Shown here: one piece after another, positions 1-10,518 of the stretch | How the letters are laid out: each line of letters starts with the position of its first letter | Numbering within the stretch: the first letter of the stretch is position 1 | Origin: Bacillota bacterium | Lineage (GTDB): Bacteria > Bacillota > Ch66 > Ch109 | DNA length: 64,000 nucleotides | Reading direction: 5' to 3' | Assembly: GCA_050952625.1 (NCBI GenBank) | Contig: JBMNLH010000001.1 | Location: forward strand, 1,669,503-1,733,502 | The notes under the pieces: generated by a model | Databases searched by the model: none | What the model saw: the letters and a program-made list of their open reading frames with translations, nothing else | Told to the model about the DNA's origin: nothing | Program-made: the position numbers and the translations under genes

Positions 1-113
1 AAGCCAAACTATAATTTAGGAAAAGACCCAATTAGGCCGGAATTAAACTAGGAACAGCCAGGATGTCCAAATAGGATCACATGGCTGTTTTCTTTATTTA
101 TTTATTTCGATGA

Positions 114-299
114 AAAATAACCCGCAGCCTCAACCCCCATTGTTTTCGGCATACTTTTGCCACTAATCTGTTGGTCAAAGGGGCTGATTTGGGTCTTATT
201 GTTGACGAACTGGGCCACAATGATCTTGATGTCACCCGGGTTTATGCCCGGCTGCCTGACCCAGTGCTGGTGGCTCTATACCGAAAATGTATGGTTTAA
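114..299 (+). pseudogene. C-terminal fragment of a tyrosine recombinase (XerC/D-like)
   Basis: Manual translation KITRSLNPHCFRHTFATNLLVKGADLGLIVDELGHNDLDVTRVYA... has HxxRH, LGH and the catalytic Tyr. Preceded by an in-frame TGA with no start codon. Confidence 0.85.
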
Positions 300-358
300 C
301 CTGAGTTTGCGTTTTCCAGCGAAAAATACCGGTCAAAGCCGGTTTTTTAGCGATTTTA

Positions 359-1014
359 TCAGTTCAGTGCTTGCTTTAATTTTTCTACTTCTTCTTTAGT
401 AAGGCCGGTTATCTTGGTGATGACTTCAATCTCAAATCCTTCACGCAGGGCGGCCCGGGCTATCTCTTTTTGTTTTCTTTCCGCACCCTTGGCCTCTGCC
501 TGTTGCTGCATCTCATCCAAGGTTGCTTCCAGGTTCAGAATCATCTGTACCACCTCCTGGGGGTTACTTTCCTGCAAGATCTGCTCAACTTCCCTTTTTT
601 GCTGCTCGGGTATCCGGGGCAGCAGCACATTGATCAGCCAGGTCTTAAACTGTTGATACTCATCCAGGGACATTTTCTTAAGGGTATCAAGCATCAGCCA
701 TAACCGGCTGCTTATTTCTTCCTTGCTTATCTTTTGGTCAAGCAGCAGGATGCTGGAGATCAAGTTGGCCATCTGGAGCAGTTCTTCTTTTTCGTATCTG
801 TTTACATCGAACAGGATGTACCTAAAATCGACAAGGAACGGTCAAGTTTAACTAATTCTTCTTCATTGATGTTTTCCACCCAGGGTTCCCTGACGAAAGA
901 CTTGATCAACTGCAGGAACGTTTTTTTGTTGGCCAGCAACTGCCGGTATCCCTTGTCATGTTGGTGGGGATCCTGCTTCGGCACCCCTGATTCTGCTTCT
1001 GTGATCAGGCCCAC
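359..1014 (-). pseudogene. Rpn/YhgA-like recombination-promoting nuclease, internally deleted and frameshifted
   Basis: N-terminal HDKGYRQLLANKKTFLQLIKSFV (802..1014) joins out of frame to VDFRYILFDVNRY...EIARAALREGFEIEVITKITGL (359..~835). The central nuclease core is missing. Confidence 0.8.
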
Positions 1015-1228
1015 CCCAAACCGATTTTACAACATTTACTGCCGCACTAAATCCTTCCAAGATCCTATGACTTTTTTCCTAGTCTCATAAAGAAAAAATA
1101 TTTGAACTATTTCCTAAAATCAAACATCACACGAACCCTGCCTAGAATGATCTTAGCTGTCTGGATTGAATTGGTGGTTAGTCTGCTAGATTAACCCGAA
1201 AGTGGTACCGACTCCGCTTGCAATCCTA

Positions 1229-2230
1229 TCATTTGCCCATTGTCACCCATCCGCTTTCACGAAAATAAATTGAATCGGCTAACTCCTTGACTATTTCCTT
1301 CATTTCCCTCCTTAAACTCTCCGGTTCTAGAACCTCTAAGCAGGCCCCTTGGCTTAAAAACCACATTTTTATGCCGTCACCATAGACTTCAGCCTCAAGG
1401 ATGGTCTTGTAGTCCTCTCTTCCCACTATCCTCACAGTAGGCAAGCGATCTAGTACCGCCTCAAGGGAATTACCCCAAAAGGCAAATTTTACTTTAAGCA
1501 GTTTTCCTCCATACATGAACTGGATACGTTTTCTAAACTCCCCTTCTTCGAAACGTTCAGTATAAGGTACGGCAAATTTTTCAGAAGTCTTACTCCATGA
1601 CTGAATCCGATCTACCCGAAATATAGCTGGATTATGATGATTCGAATTATGCAGCCTAGCAATCAGATAAAAATAGAATTCAGAGAAGATTAATCCTTGG
1701 GGCTCGACCAACCAGTCATTGATTTTTCCATCCATCCGACTATACGTGAGGTTAATCATAATATGTTCCTGAATGCAAAGGTTTAACTGCCATAACAGGG
1801 TTAACAGTTCTTTGCCGTGTTGCGGTGCGATATAATGATAGCTTTCATTTAAAATAGCATTTTTCAGGTAACTTCGTTGGGATGGGTCTATATTTATTAA
1901 TAATTTGTTAAGTATTTGTTTTAATTCATCACTAATAAAAGGCCGACTATCCAAAAGAATCTTGGCTAACACTAAAGCCTCTTCCTTGGTAAAAAAACAG
2001 TCTTGATCCTTTGTTAGTCGGTAACTGCGACTCTGATAGTCATATTGTAAAGGATTTTCATCTCGTTCAGGATCAGCCTCATAAAGGTAAGCCCGGAGTT
2101 CCTCTATATCACGTTGTATGGTCTTATCATCAACTGCAAAGTAATCGCTTACCTCTTTTTTTACTATGGCGTATCCTTTAAGAAGTTTGTCGTAGAGGTA
2201 TAATAATCGATAGGCTTTATTATGTTTCAT
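1229..2230 (-). CDS. HTH-WYL domain transcriptional regulator
   Basis: N-terminal HTH (VDDKTIQRDIEELR), WYL-type VEPQGLIFSEFYFYLIA...FRVDRI, WCX-like C-terminus. Confidence 0.9.
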   Translation of the reverse strand: MKHNKAYRLLYLYDKLLKGYAIVKKEVSDYFAVDDKTIQRDIEELRAYLYEADPERDENPLQYDYQSRSYRLTKDQDCFFTKEEALVLAKILLDSRPFISDELKQILNKLLINIDPSQRSYLKNAILNESYHYIAPQHGKELLTLLWQLNLCIQEHIMINLTYSRMDGKINDWLVEPQGLIFSEFYFYLIARLHNSNHHNPAIFRVDRIQSWSKTSEKFAVPYTERFEEGEFRKRIQFMYGGKLLKVKFAFWGNSLEAVLDRLPTVRIVGREDYKTILEAEVYGDGIKMWFLSQGACLEVLEPESLRREMKEIVKELADSIYFRESGWVTMGK

Positions 2231-2355
2231 GTGCTTTCACCTGCATACTTATAACTTTTCATTGTCCAATTATTTAGCTATTACTACTTCAATTGACTTA
2301 TCCATTAATAAAATTCTCCATAATGCAACATTTTTCCTGTATAATATTCTGCAGT

Positions 2356-3102
2356 TTATCTAATTTTTTCAGCCTTTCGGCAATACATTTCTAAATCTGC
2401 CAATCTTAAAAGCCCATCAGGGCTATCCCCATCTTCCGGATAGCTGGCTAGGCCATAACTAAAACGCAGGATGCCTCTAGAGTTTATGCTCTGAAGGCTT
2501 TCTAACCGCTTCATTAGCTGGCCGGTCTCCTTTTTATCAGATCCGGGGACAAGTAAGACGAATTCGTCTCCCCCGTACCGAAAAAGCAAGTCTTCTTTAC
2601 GGATATTATTTTTGATTGTGGCACAAACATCCTTTAACATGGCATCGCCGGCTATGTGTCCGTAATCATCGTTAATCGTTTTAAAATTATCAATATCAAT
2701 AAATACCAAGGTAAAGGTGTCGTTCGCCTTCCTGCTTTTCTTTATTTGGTTTTCTATGCTATAGTAAAGGGCCCGTCTGTTATAGGCTTCGGTTAGACTA
2801 TCTTGATAAGCACTATTAAATAATGTCCTTATGATCCGAAGTAAAACTTTAATAAGCAGGGCACTGCCTAAGTAGACTAGTAACAAAGGGCGCAGTATAA
2901 AAACACTATGACTCCTATTGACAATTGCTAGATCCAATATACTTCCTACGAAGATCAATCCCAGGCTTAATACCAGCCAATTATTCTCTTTGAATTTTAC
3001 TTGACAGGGTAACTTATAGAATATTGTCCCAGCAAGAGTAATGCTGTATACGATAGGGATTGCTTTGATTGTTTGTTCGGCTATCGACAACTGAATCACC
3101 AC
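2356..3102 (-). CDS. Membrane-anchored diguanylate cyclase
   Basis: Three hydrophobic segments, then DSLT..NRR, DIDNFK.IND.YGH..GD and RYGGDEF. Confidence 0.9.
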   Translation of the reverse strand: MVIQLSIAEQTIKAIPIVYSITLAGTIFYKLPCQVKFKENNWLVLSLGLIFVGSILDLAIVNRSHSVFILRPLLLVYLGSALLIKVLLRIIRTLFNSAYQDSLTEAYNRRALYYSIENQIKKSRKANDTFTLVFIDIDNFKTINDDYGHIAGDAMLKDVCATIKNNIRKEDLLFRYGGDEFVLLVPGSDKKETGQLMKRLESLQSINSRGILRFSYGLASYPEDGDSPDGLLRLADLEMYCRKAEKIR

Positions 3103-3475
3103 CCAATTAATCTACATCCAATTATGCACATGATAGTGGACTTATAATGTCCAACTAACGTGCTTGATATAGGATTAATTGATTGTATTTCAACAATAAA
3201 CATTGTTATACTGTAATGTAACTCATACAGCACTGGTATACCGTTTCTTGGATAGGGGCGTACCGGAAAATAAACTGCTTTGGGTGATTGACCATTCATA
3301 TGATCTAGTGGCGAAGGGGCTAAGTAAGGCGAAGAGGGAAGCCTTGGGAAGTGTAGATATGTAGATAAGTAGATAAGCTAAATGATAACCGGGGTACGAT
3401 GATGATTATCCGTTTTGGCTCCGAGCCAATGAGGAGCCATCCACCAGAGTTGGGAATTGCACGAGGTAGTTAATC

Positions 3476-4096
3476 ATGTCATACAAAACAATTAAAACCA
3501 ACATAGTATCCGACATAATTGAGAAAAAATCCCGATTCATCTGTATGCTGAACCCCATTACTGACACTAATCAAGCCGAAAAAGTAATTACTAATGTCCG
3601 CAAGCTGTATCCCGGGGCCAACCATTATTGCTATGCCTATCGAATTAGAAACGCCGGCAATGTCATTGAGAAATATAGTGATGATGGGGAACCCAACAGT
3701 ACTGCTGGTGTCCCCATGCTCAATGTGCTCAAGCGGCAAGAAATCGTGAACATCTTGGCCGTGGTAGTCAGATATTTTGGTGGAACCCTGCTGGGTACAG
3801 GTGGGCTAGTCAGAGCCTACTCCGGAGCAGTCATCCAAAGCCTGGATCAAGCCGAGATCATTACTATGGAATATTCCTGGCAGCTTAGAATTACGGTAGA
3901 TTACTGTTATTATGGTAATTTCCAAAACAAGTGCCTGCCCCTTTTTAAACAGATAGTGAATACTAATTTTGCCGATCGGGTGATAATAGAGGCTTGGATA
4001 GCCGTAGATAAGCTTAGCCGGCTGTTAAAACTGCTAGATGGTATTACAACCAGGACTGCAAATGTTGAATACTTACAGCAGGATTTTATTAATTGA
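3476..4096 (+). CDS. yigZ: YigZ/IMPACT family protein
   Basis: KKSRF, ANHYCYAY, SDDGEP, VVRYFGGTLLGTGGLVRAY; SD GAGGT upstream. Confidence 0.95.
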   Translation: MSYKTIKTNIVSDIIEKKSRFICMLNPITDTNQAEKVITNVRKLYPGANHYCYAYRIRNAGNVIEKYSDDGEPNSTAGVPMLNVLKRQEIVNILAVVVRYFGGTLLGTGGLVRAYSGAVIQSLDQAEIITMEYSWQLRITVDYCYYGNFQNKCLPLFKQIVNTNFADRVIIEAWIAVDKLSRLLKLLDGITTRTANVEYLQQDFIN

Positions 4097-4143
4097 AAGC
4101 GTCATAAAGATTTAATTTGAGGATGAACCTGCTAGGATAGCAA

Positions 4144-4983
4144 CTACTTTAGCTTTACTAGACCTTCTTTTTCAATCAAAGTCTGGCCTTCGGGACTCAG
4201 GATGAAGTCGATAAACATCTTAACTTCACCAGTTGGCTGTGACTTGGTCAGATACAGGAAGGGTCGGCTAATCTGGTAACTGCCGTCCAAAACAGTAGCC
4301 GCGGAGGGCGCTATCCCATCAACTGTTACCTCCTTCACGGATTCATTGAGGCTGGTCAAAGAGACATAGCCGACCGCTTTCGGATTTCCCGCCACCGTAG
4401 TCCTGATCGCCCCGGTCGAATTCTGGACGATAGCACTGGCCTTGATCTTTGTCTCTTTGCCCATAACCAGTTCCTCAAAAGCCCCCCGAGTGCCAGAACC
4501 CTCTTCGCGGGTTACGACGTCAATTGCCTGATCATCTCCGCCTACTTCTTTCCAGTTAACAATGGTTCCATCGTAGATGCCTTTTATCTGTGCCAGGGTC
4601 AAGTTTTGTGCCTTATTGGCCGGATTAATAACTATGGCTATACCGTCTTTGGCGATAACTGTTTCAACTAGATTTTTTTCTTCTGGTTTCAAATCCCGAG
4701 ACGAGCACCCAATATCCGCCGCACCTTCCTGGACCGCCTTAATGCCGGCACTTGACCCGCCGCCCTGAACAAAGATCTTAACTGCCTGGTTTTTATCCAT
4801 GTAGGCTTGTGCCAGGACCTCAGAAATGGGCTGAACCGAAGTAGAACCGGAAATATTAATCGTGGTTACTTTTTGTAGTTCTGATTTTTGAGCATCCCCT
4901 GTTCCCCGGCACCCATTCAGCATCATAGTCGCAAAAACCAATATAAGCGTCGGAACACCCAGCCTCATTAGTTTTCTAATCAT
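4144..4983 (-). CDS. pstS: Phosphate ABC transporter substrate-binding lipoprotein
   Basis: Lipobox LNGC, GSTSVQP, GGGSSAG, REEGSGTR; pst operon context. Confidence 0.95.
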   Translation of the reverse strand: MIRKLMRLGVPTLILVFATMMLNGCRGTGDAQKSELQKVTTINISGSTSVQPISEVLAQAYMDKNQAVKIFVQGGGSSAGIKAVQEGAADIGCSSRDLKPEEKNLVETVIAKDGIAIVINPANKAQNLTLAQIKGIYDGTIVNWKEVGGDDQAIDVVTREEGSGTRGAFEELVMGKETKIKASAIVQNSTGAIRTTVAGNPKAVGYVSLTSLNESVKEVTVDGIAPSAATVLDGSYQISRPFLYLTKSQPTGEVKMFIDFILSPEGQTLIEKEGLVKLK

Positions 4984-5132
4984 TTTGTTAACCTCCCTCT
5001 CAAAATCTAACTTTCTTGTCTCTCTAATTAACTGCCGTTCGCATCCTTCAAAATAATAAAGAAACGGGCATTAAAATTACGATACATAAAAGATGTTGCT
5101 AGATTATGGGGTTCAATCTCCTAATTTCTAAA

Positions 5133-5801
5133 TTAAAACATATGGTCATCGTTCAAATCTTTTCTTTCACCGGTGACTAAGTATATGGTCCATTCACCAA
5201 GATTCGTAACGTGGTCCGCTACCCTTTCCAGAAATAAAGCCACCAGCAAAAGATAAAGAGCCTGGCGACTGGTCTTGGCATCCCGGGTCATAAACTCCAA
5301 CAGGTCATGAAAAACTTGATCGTACAACCGGTCTACTTCTTTTTCCTTTTCCACCAGGGCGTTGCACAGATCAACATTTCGGTCAATGTAGGCGGTCAAG
5401 CCAACCCGCACCATCTCTTGAGTCAATTTGGCCATTTTGGGAATATCAATAAGCGGCTTAATTAACGGTTCGTGACCAATCGCCTGAGTAGCCCGGGCAA
5501 TGTCCACCGCGTGATCCGCCATCCGTTCCAGATCCGTCACAATTTTCAAGGCGGTCCCAATCATCCTTAAATCACTGGCCATGGGCTGCTGTAACGCCAA
5601 CATCGCCAGGCACTTATCTTCTATTTGTAATTGAAGATCATCTACCAGGTCATCCTCCGCAATCACTTTTTCTGCCAGTTCCATATCTTGTTCCTGCAGT
5701 GCCTTGACGGAACAGGCAATCGCATTTTCGACCAGGGTTCCCATTCGAAGAACCTCTGCTTGTAAGGCCTCAAGTTCTAGATGAAAGACATCCCTTGCCA
5801 T
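5133..5801 (-). CDS. phoU: Phosphate signalling protein PhoU
   Basis: QQPMASDLR, DLERMADH and LERVADH duplicated PhoU motifs. Confidence 0.97.
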   Translation of the reverse strand: MARDVFHLELEALQAEVLRMGTLVENAIACSVKALQEQDMELAEKVIAEDDLVDDLQLQIEDKCLAMLALQQPMASDLRMIGTALKIVTDLERMADHAVDIARATQAIGHEPLIKPLIDIPKMAKLTQEMVRVGLTAYIDRNVDLCNALVEKEKEVDRLYDQVFHDLLEFMTRDAKTSRQALYLLLVALFLERVADHVTNLGEWTIYLVTGERKDLNDDHMF

Positions 5802-5827
5802 TTAATCACCTCCTATCAGGAATCGGT

Positions 5828-6727
5828 TTAACCAAATCGCCCAGTTACATAATCTTCGGTCCTTTTATCTGCCGGCTGGGTGAACAGACGTTTTGTCGGC
5901 CCGTATTCCACCAGGTCACCACTTAGAAAAAAGGCGGTATAATCAGAAATTCTGGCGGCCTGCTGCAGGTTGTGGGTCACAATAACAATAGTGTACTGGT
6001 CCTTCAGTTCATGAATCAAGTCTTCCAGCTTGGCAGTGGAAATCGGGTCCAGTGCCGATGCCGGCTCATCCATGAGTAACACCTCTGGCTGCACGGCTAA
6101 TACCCGGGCAATTATCAGCCGTTGCTGTTGGCCACCAGATAGCTGCAGGGCGGAAGTGTTCAATCGATCTTTAACCTCATCCCAGAGGGATGCTTCCCGC
6201 AGACTTTTTTCCACCAATTCGTCAAGCTTGCCCTTATGCTTTAAGCCATGCGCCCGCGGTCCATAGGCGACGTTGTCGTAGATAGACATAGGAAAAGGAC
6301 ACGGCCGCTGGAAAACCATCCCGACCCGCTTTCTTAACTCCACGGGATCAGTGTGGTCTGAGTAGATCTCCTCGCCATCCAGATATACCTTTCCCTCCAA
6401 ATGAGTACCGGTTATCAAGTCATTCATCCGATTCAACGTGCGTAAAAAACTGGATTTACCGCAGCCGGATGGACCAATAAGCGCGGTTACCCGGTGCTGC
6501 ACTAAGGGTAAAGAAATGTCGCGTAAAGCCAGAAAATCCTGATAGTACAAGTGCAGGTTGGTACATTCCATTTTATTAACCAGGGCCGCCGCATCGGCAT
6601 CCGACTCATTAACGTTATTTACCGCTAATTTAATCTTGCCGACAGATTGGCCTTCGTTTGACGGTTTTCTTCTGAGTAAAACTGGGCTTATTACTTCAGC
6701 ACCGGATTTGGCCAGCGAAAAAAACAT
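5828..6727 (-). CDS. pstB: Phosphate ABC transporter ATPase
   Basis: [36 protein letters not shown] at 6727 follows SD GAGGTG. Confidence 0.95.
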   Translation of the reverse strand: MFFSLAKSGAEVISPVLLRRKPSNEGQSVGKIKLAVNNVNESDADAAALVNKMECTNLHLYYQDFLALRDISLPLVQHRVTALIGPSGCGKSSFLRTLNRMNDLITGTHLEGKVYLDGEEIYSDHTDPVELRKRVGMVFQRPCPFPMSIYDNVAYGPRAHGLKHKGKLDELVEKSLREASLWDEVKDRLNTSALQLSGGQQQRLIIARVLAVQPEVLLMDEPASALDPISTAKLEDLIHELKDQYTIVIVTHNLQQAARISDYTAFFLSGDLVEYGPTKRLFTQPADKRTEDYVTGRFG

Positions 6728-6753
6728 GTGTCGCACCTCTTTTCATCATCAAC

Positions 6754-7593
6754 TTAAACTTCAGTCTGGCCGGTTAACCGAGTCATCAAGCGACCAGAAA
6801 TCAGGTTTATTATCAGGACTAAAATTACCAGGACTGTGGCACTGGCATAGGCTTTTTCCAAAGAAATACCTTCTGAGGCCAGGACATACAGGTGGACTGA
6901 CAGGGTTCGCGCGGGATCAAAAATAGATAGCGGCATTCCCAGGGCGCTTCCGGCAGTTAGCAGGACCGCCGCAGTCTCACCTACCGCCCGGCCGATTCCT
7001 AAAACTACCCCAGCGGCAATTCCCGGGATGGCAGCGGGAAGCACCACCTTACGAATGGTGTACCATTTATTAGCCCCCAAGGCCAGGCTGCCTTCACGAT
7101 AAGAAACCGGGACCATTTTTATAGCCTCTTCCGACGCCCTGATTAAAGTAGGTAAAATCATCAGTGCCAGGGTCAATCCCCCGGATAACACGGACCAACC
7201 TAATCCCCAGGTTAGGACAAATAGCACAAAACCAAATAACCCAAAGATAATCGACGGAACCGCTGCCAACGACTCCGTGCCGAAACGAATCACGCTTACC
7301 AATCGTTCGGAGGCAACATATTCGGTTAAATAGATGGCCGTTCCGACGCCCAGTGGTATGGCGATTCCCAGGGAAACTATAGTCAGGTAAACCGTCCCCA
7401 ATATGGCGGGAAGGATCCCGCCTTCTTTACCCATCTGCCGCGGTGCTTCCAGTAAAAAACTCAGGTTTATCGAACTGATCCCATTGCTGACGATATGCCA
7501 TATAATACCGATTAGCACCAACAGGGTCAGCCCCGCCATGATCCAATGCAAACCCTTAATTAAACCCTCTTCCAGCCGTGCTGCCATTCTCAT
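6754..7593 (-). CDS. pstA: Phosphate ABC transporter permease PstA
   Basis: VPSIIFGLFG, REGSLALGA, GRAVGETA. Confidence 0.95.
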   Translation of the reverse strand: MRMAARLEEGLIKGLHWIMAGLTLLVLIGIIWHIVSNGISSINLSFLLEAPRQMGKEGGILPAILGTVYLTIVSLGIAIPLGVGTAIYLTEYVASERLVSVIRFGTESLAAVPSIIFGLFGFVLFVLTWGLGWSVLSGGLTLALMILPTLIRASEEAIKMVPVSYREGSLALGANKWYTIRKVVLPAAIPGIAAGVVLGIGRAVGETAAVLLTAGSALGMPLSIFDPARTLSVHLYVLASEGISLEKAYASATVLVILVLIINLISGRLMTRLTGQTEV

Positions 7594-8456
7594 GCCTGAC
7601 CCACCTTTCTCCGCATAACAAACTGCATAATTAGATTAAGCAGCATAACAAAAAAGAACAGAACAATTCCGGTGGCAAAAAGGGCTTGTTGATGTACCCC
7701 AGAAGCATAAGACATCTCCATCACTACATTACCGGTTAAGGTTCGGATAGGATCTGAAAGAGCGTGAGGCACAAGTGCCACGTTGCCGGTCACCATAATT
7801 ACGGCCATCGTTTCCCCAATTGCCCGGCCCATTCCCAGGATAATTGCCGCCAGAATTCCGGAACGAGCAACCGGCAGGAAAATCCATTTAATGGTTTGCC
7901 AGTGATTGGCCCCGAGGGCCAGTGAGCCTTCTTTGAATTCTCTGGGCACCGCCCGCAGGGAGGTTTCGGATAAACTTAAAATAGTCGGCAAAATCATAAT
8001 TCCCAGGATAATAGAACCGGCGACAACACTGAAACCTGAACCCCCAAGGTATTGGCGCAGCAAGGGGACAATTACCACCAGGCCATAAAAACCGTACACC
8101 ACCGAAGGAATCCCGGCTAACAATTCAACCGCCGGCCGAATAATCCTGGCTGCTTGGCTTGGAGCCATTTCTGCCAGGAAGATAGCCCCCATTACTCCTA
8201 AAGGGACTCCAATAATCAAGGCGCCCAGGGTTATCAGCACAGAGCCCACAATCATTGGCCAGATCCCAAAACTCCCGCCAGCAGGCTGCCATTCCTGACC
8301 CAGCACAAAATTCAAAATACCTACTTGTTTCAAGGCTGGGTAGCCGGCACTTACCACAAACCAGGTGATCAGGGTAATGGCTACTATGGTCAATAAAGCG
8401 ATAATCAGTAAACTCTTTTCCACCACGAACTCAGACCATTGTCCTTGTAAACGCAT
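7590..8456 (-). CDS. pstC: Phosphate ABC transporter permease PstC
   Basis: ELLAGIPSVVYG, GRAIGETMAV. Start moved to ATG 8456, which follows SD GGGAGG. Confidence 0.95.
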   Translation of the reverse strand: MRLQGQWSEFVVEKSLLIIALLTIVAITLITWFVVSAGYPALKQVGILNFVLGQEWQPAGGSFGIWPMIVGSVLITLGALIIGVPLGVMGAIFLAEMAPSQAARIIRPAVELLAGIPSVVYGFYGLVVIVPLLRQYLGGSGFSVVAGSIILGIMILPTILSLSETSLRAVPREFKEGSLALGANHWQTIKWIFLPVARSGILAAIILGMGRAIGETMAVIMVTGNVALVPHALSDPIRTLTGNVVMEMSYASGVHQQALFATGIVLFFFVMLLNLIMQFVMRRKVGQA

Positions 8457-8478
8457 GCGAATTCCCTCCCTGCTAATC

Positions 8479-8531
8479 AGTATAGAAAGGCAGTGTGTAT
8501 ACAATATGAAAGAAATGTAACAGTTGTGTAA
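8479..8531 (-). promoter_or_regulatory. Putative pstC promoter with Pho box
   Basis: Minus strand has TTACA repeated at 11-bp period (8527-8531, 8516-8520), matching the PhoP-type TT(A/T/C)ACA tandem, upstream of TATACT (8479-8484). Confidence 0.6.
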
Positions 8532-8623
8532 CGGTCCGCATCAATATAATCTACATAAAAAAAACAACCCTGAATTAGCACAGGATTGCGGGCAATCTTC
8601 ACAAATAATTCATCCGAATTGTT

Positions 8624-10516
8624 TCACGCATTGCGCTTAGCCAATTTGAGGGTAAAACTGAAACACGTCCCCTTATTCATTCCTTTTTGGTCTCCGTCCC
8701 TTACCTCAATCGTGGCCGCATGTGCTTCTAAAATGTGTTTGACAATGGATAATCCTAAGCCAGTGCCGCCTACTTTTCGGCTCCGGGCTTTATCAACACG
8801 ATAAAAGCGTTCGAAAATTCGTTTTCGTTCCTCGGGACCGATCCCGATTCCCGTATCGCAAACCTCGATCCTGGCTCCCTCTGCCATTTCCTCAACCTTC
8901 AAAGTTATTAATCCACCAGGCGAAGTATATTTAATCGCATTATCAACTAGATTATCTATCACTTGTTCAAGGCGATAGGGATCGCCTAATACCCAGACTT
9001 CTTTTGTAGGCAGATCAAGGATCAGTTGGTGCTCTTGGGCTTGCAAAGCTGGCCCAAATTTATTTCCAACATGTTTAATAAAAGCAGTTATTTCAAAAGG
9101 TTCTATTTTAATTGAATCCGGTTGTGACTCAATTTTAGAAAGCAGTAGTAAATCATTAACGATCGCCGTTAACCGATCCGTTTCTTGATAGATTATCCGG
9201 ACAAATTCCTCAGCCACCTGTCGTTCATCCAGAGCTCCTTCTAGCAAAGTCTCGGCAAATCCCTTAACCGAGGTAATCGGAGTCTTTAATTCATGGGAGA
9301 CATTCGCCACAAAGTCGCTCCGAATCCGCTCCAGACGTCTGAGCTCGGTTATATCGTGCAGCACTACAACCAACCCAAGGTTCTGCCCCTGGCTGGTTAT
9401 CGGCGAAAGATTTACCTCGATAACCTTTTCCGTCGGAGTCAATATTTGGATTTCCTCTCGTCGCGGCTCACGAGACACCATAACCTCATCAATTAGAGAG
9501 GAAAGCAGGAAATGGCGAATAACCACCGAATAAGGTTTGTCTGTATATGATGGTTCGGAAACATTACTGTGCCTTATATTAATTTTGTTATCTAAACTAT
9601 TAATAGCTTCCAAAGTTACGGTCGATTTGTTTCCTCGTTCTATTGATAGAATTCTCAAGGCCGCGGGATTGATCAGGTCGACCTTCCCGGCCTGACCCAC
9701 AAAGATAACCCCGCTAACCATATTGTTTAGCACCGATTCTAATCGAGTTTTACCGGTCGAAACCTCCTCGAGCATGTTCTTCAACGTTAGGGCCATATGA
9801 TTGAGGGATTCCGCCAGAATTCCCAGTTCGTCACTACCAGTTGAATAATGCCTTGACGTAAAATCACCTTGGGATATTTCTCGAGCAGTCCGGATCATTT
9901 CTTCAATCGGCCGGGTGGTTCGACGGGCTAAAACCAATCCGAGCAGTCCGGCAACCAATAAGCCTAAAACGGAGGAAGCAAGGATCATCCGCCAAAGTTG
10001 GTGAATGGTTTGCTCTACCTCGGTCAAAGGAATAGCCAGCCTAACAAAGCCCTGGACAATATCTTTCGTCTTAACCGGTATTGAAACATACAGCATATTA
10101 TTGCCTAGTGTGTGGCTTTGTCGAATTACCCAACCTTCGCCTTGCTTCAAGGCATCAATTATTTCGGGACGATTCAAATGATTTTCCATGGTCTGGGGGT
10201 CTTCTGCAGAATCACCCCACACTACGCCATTCTGATCGACAATGGTAACCCGGGTCCCGGTTTTTACCTTGGTCGTTTCTGCCAAAGACTGGGCAAATTG
10301 ATTAAAGCCAGAAACCTTATTTTGATTTTCAGTCTTAATTACATTATTCTCCATCATCTGGGCAATTAAACGGGCCTCAATCAACATTTGGGTTCGCAGA
10401 TTATCCAGGAAATAATTTTCGAGACTACGCATCAAAAAGGTACCTAAAACCAGCATCGAGGAAATGACTAGCATCACGTAGGTAAAAGATATCTTCCAGC
10501 GCAGACTTCTAAACAT
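8624..10516 (-). CDS. phoR: Sensor histidine kinase PhoR (HAMP, PAS, HisKA, HATPase)
   Basis: FVANVSHELKTP, NLVDNAIKY, DTGIGI, FYRVDKARSR, GTGLGL; adjacent to pst genes. Confidence 0.92.
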   Translation of the reverse strand: MFRSLRWKISFTYVMLVISSMLVLGTFLMRSLENYFLDNLRTQMLIEARLIAQMMENNVIKTENQNKVSGFNQFAQSLAETTKVKTGTRVTIVDQNGVVWGDSAEDPQTMENHLNRPEIIDALKQGEGWVIRQSHTLGNNMLYVSIPVKTKDIVQGFVRLAIPLTEVEQTIHQLWRMILASSVLGLLVAGLLGLVLARRTTRPIEEMIRTAREISQGDFTSRHYSTGSDELGILAESLNHMALTLKNMLEEVSTGKTRLESVLNNMVSGVIFVGQAGKVDLINPAALRILSIERGNKSTVTLEAINSLDNKINIRHSNVSEPSYTDKPYSVVIRHFLLSSLIDEVMVSREPRREEIQILTPTEKVIEVNLSPITSQGQNLGLVVVLHDITELRRLERIRSDFVANVSHELKTPITSVKGFAETLLEGALDERQVAEEFVRIIYQETDRLTAIVNDLLLLSKIESQPDSIKIEPFEITAFIKHVGNKFGPALQAQEHQLILDLPTKEVWVLGDPYRLEQVIDNLVDNAIKYTSPGGLITLKVEEMAEGARIEVCDTGIGIGPEERKRIFERFYRVDKARSRKVGGTGLGLSIVKHILEAHAATIEVRDGDQKGMNKGTCFSFTLKLAKRNA

Positions 10517-10518
10517 TA

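Noticed and set aside
3353-3380. GTAGATA(A/T) short tandem repeat
   Set aside because: Three short units in an intergenic region with no supporting structure
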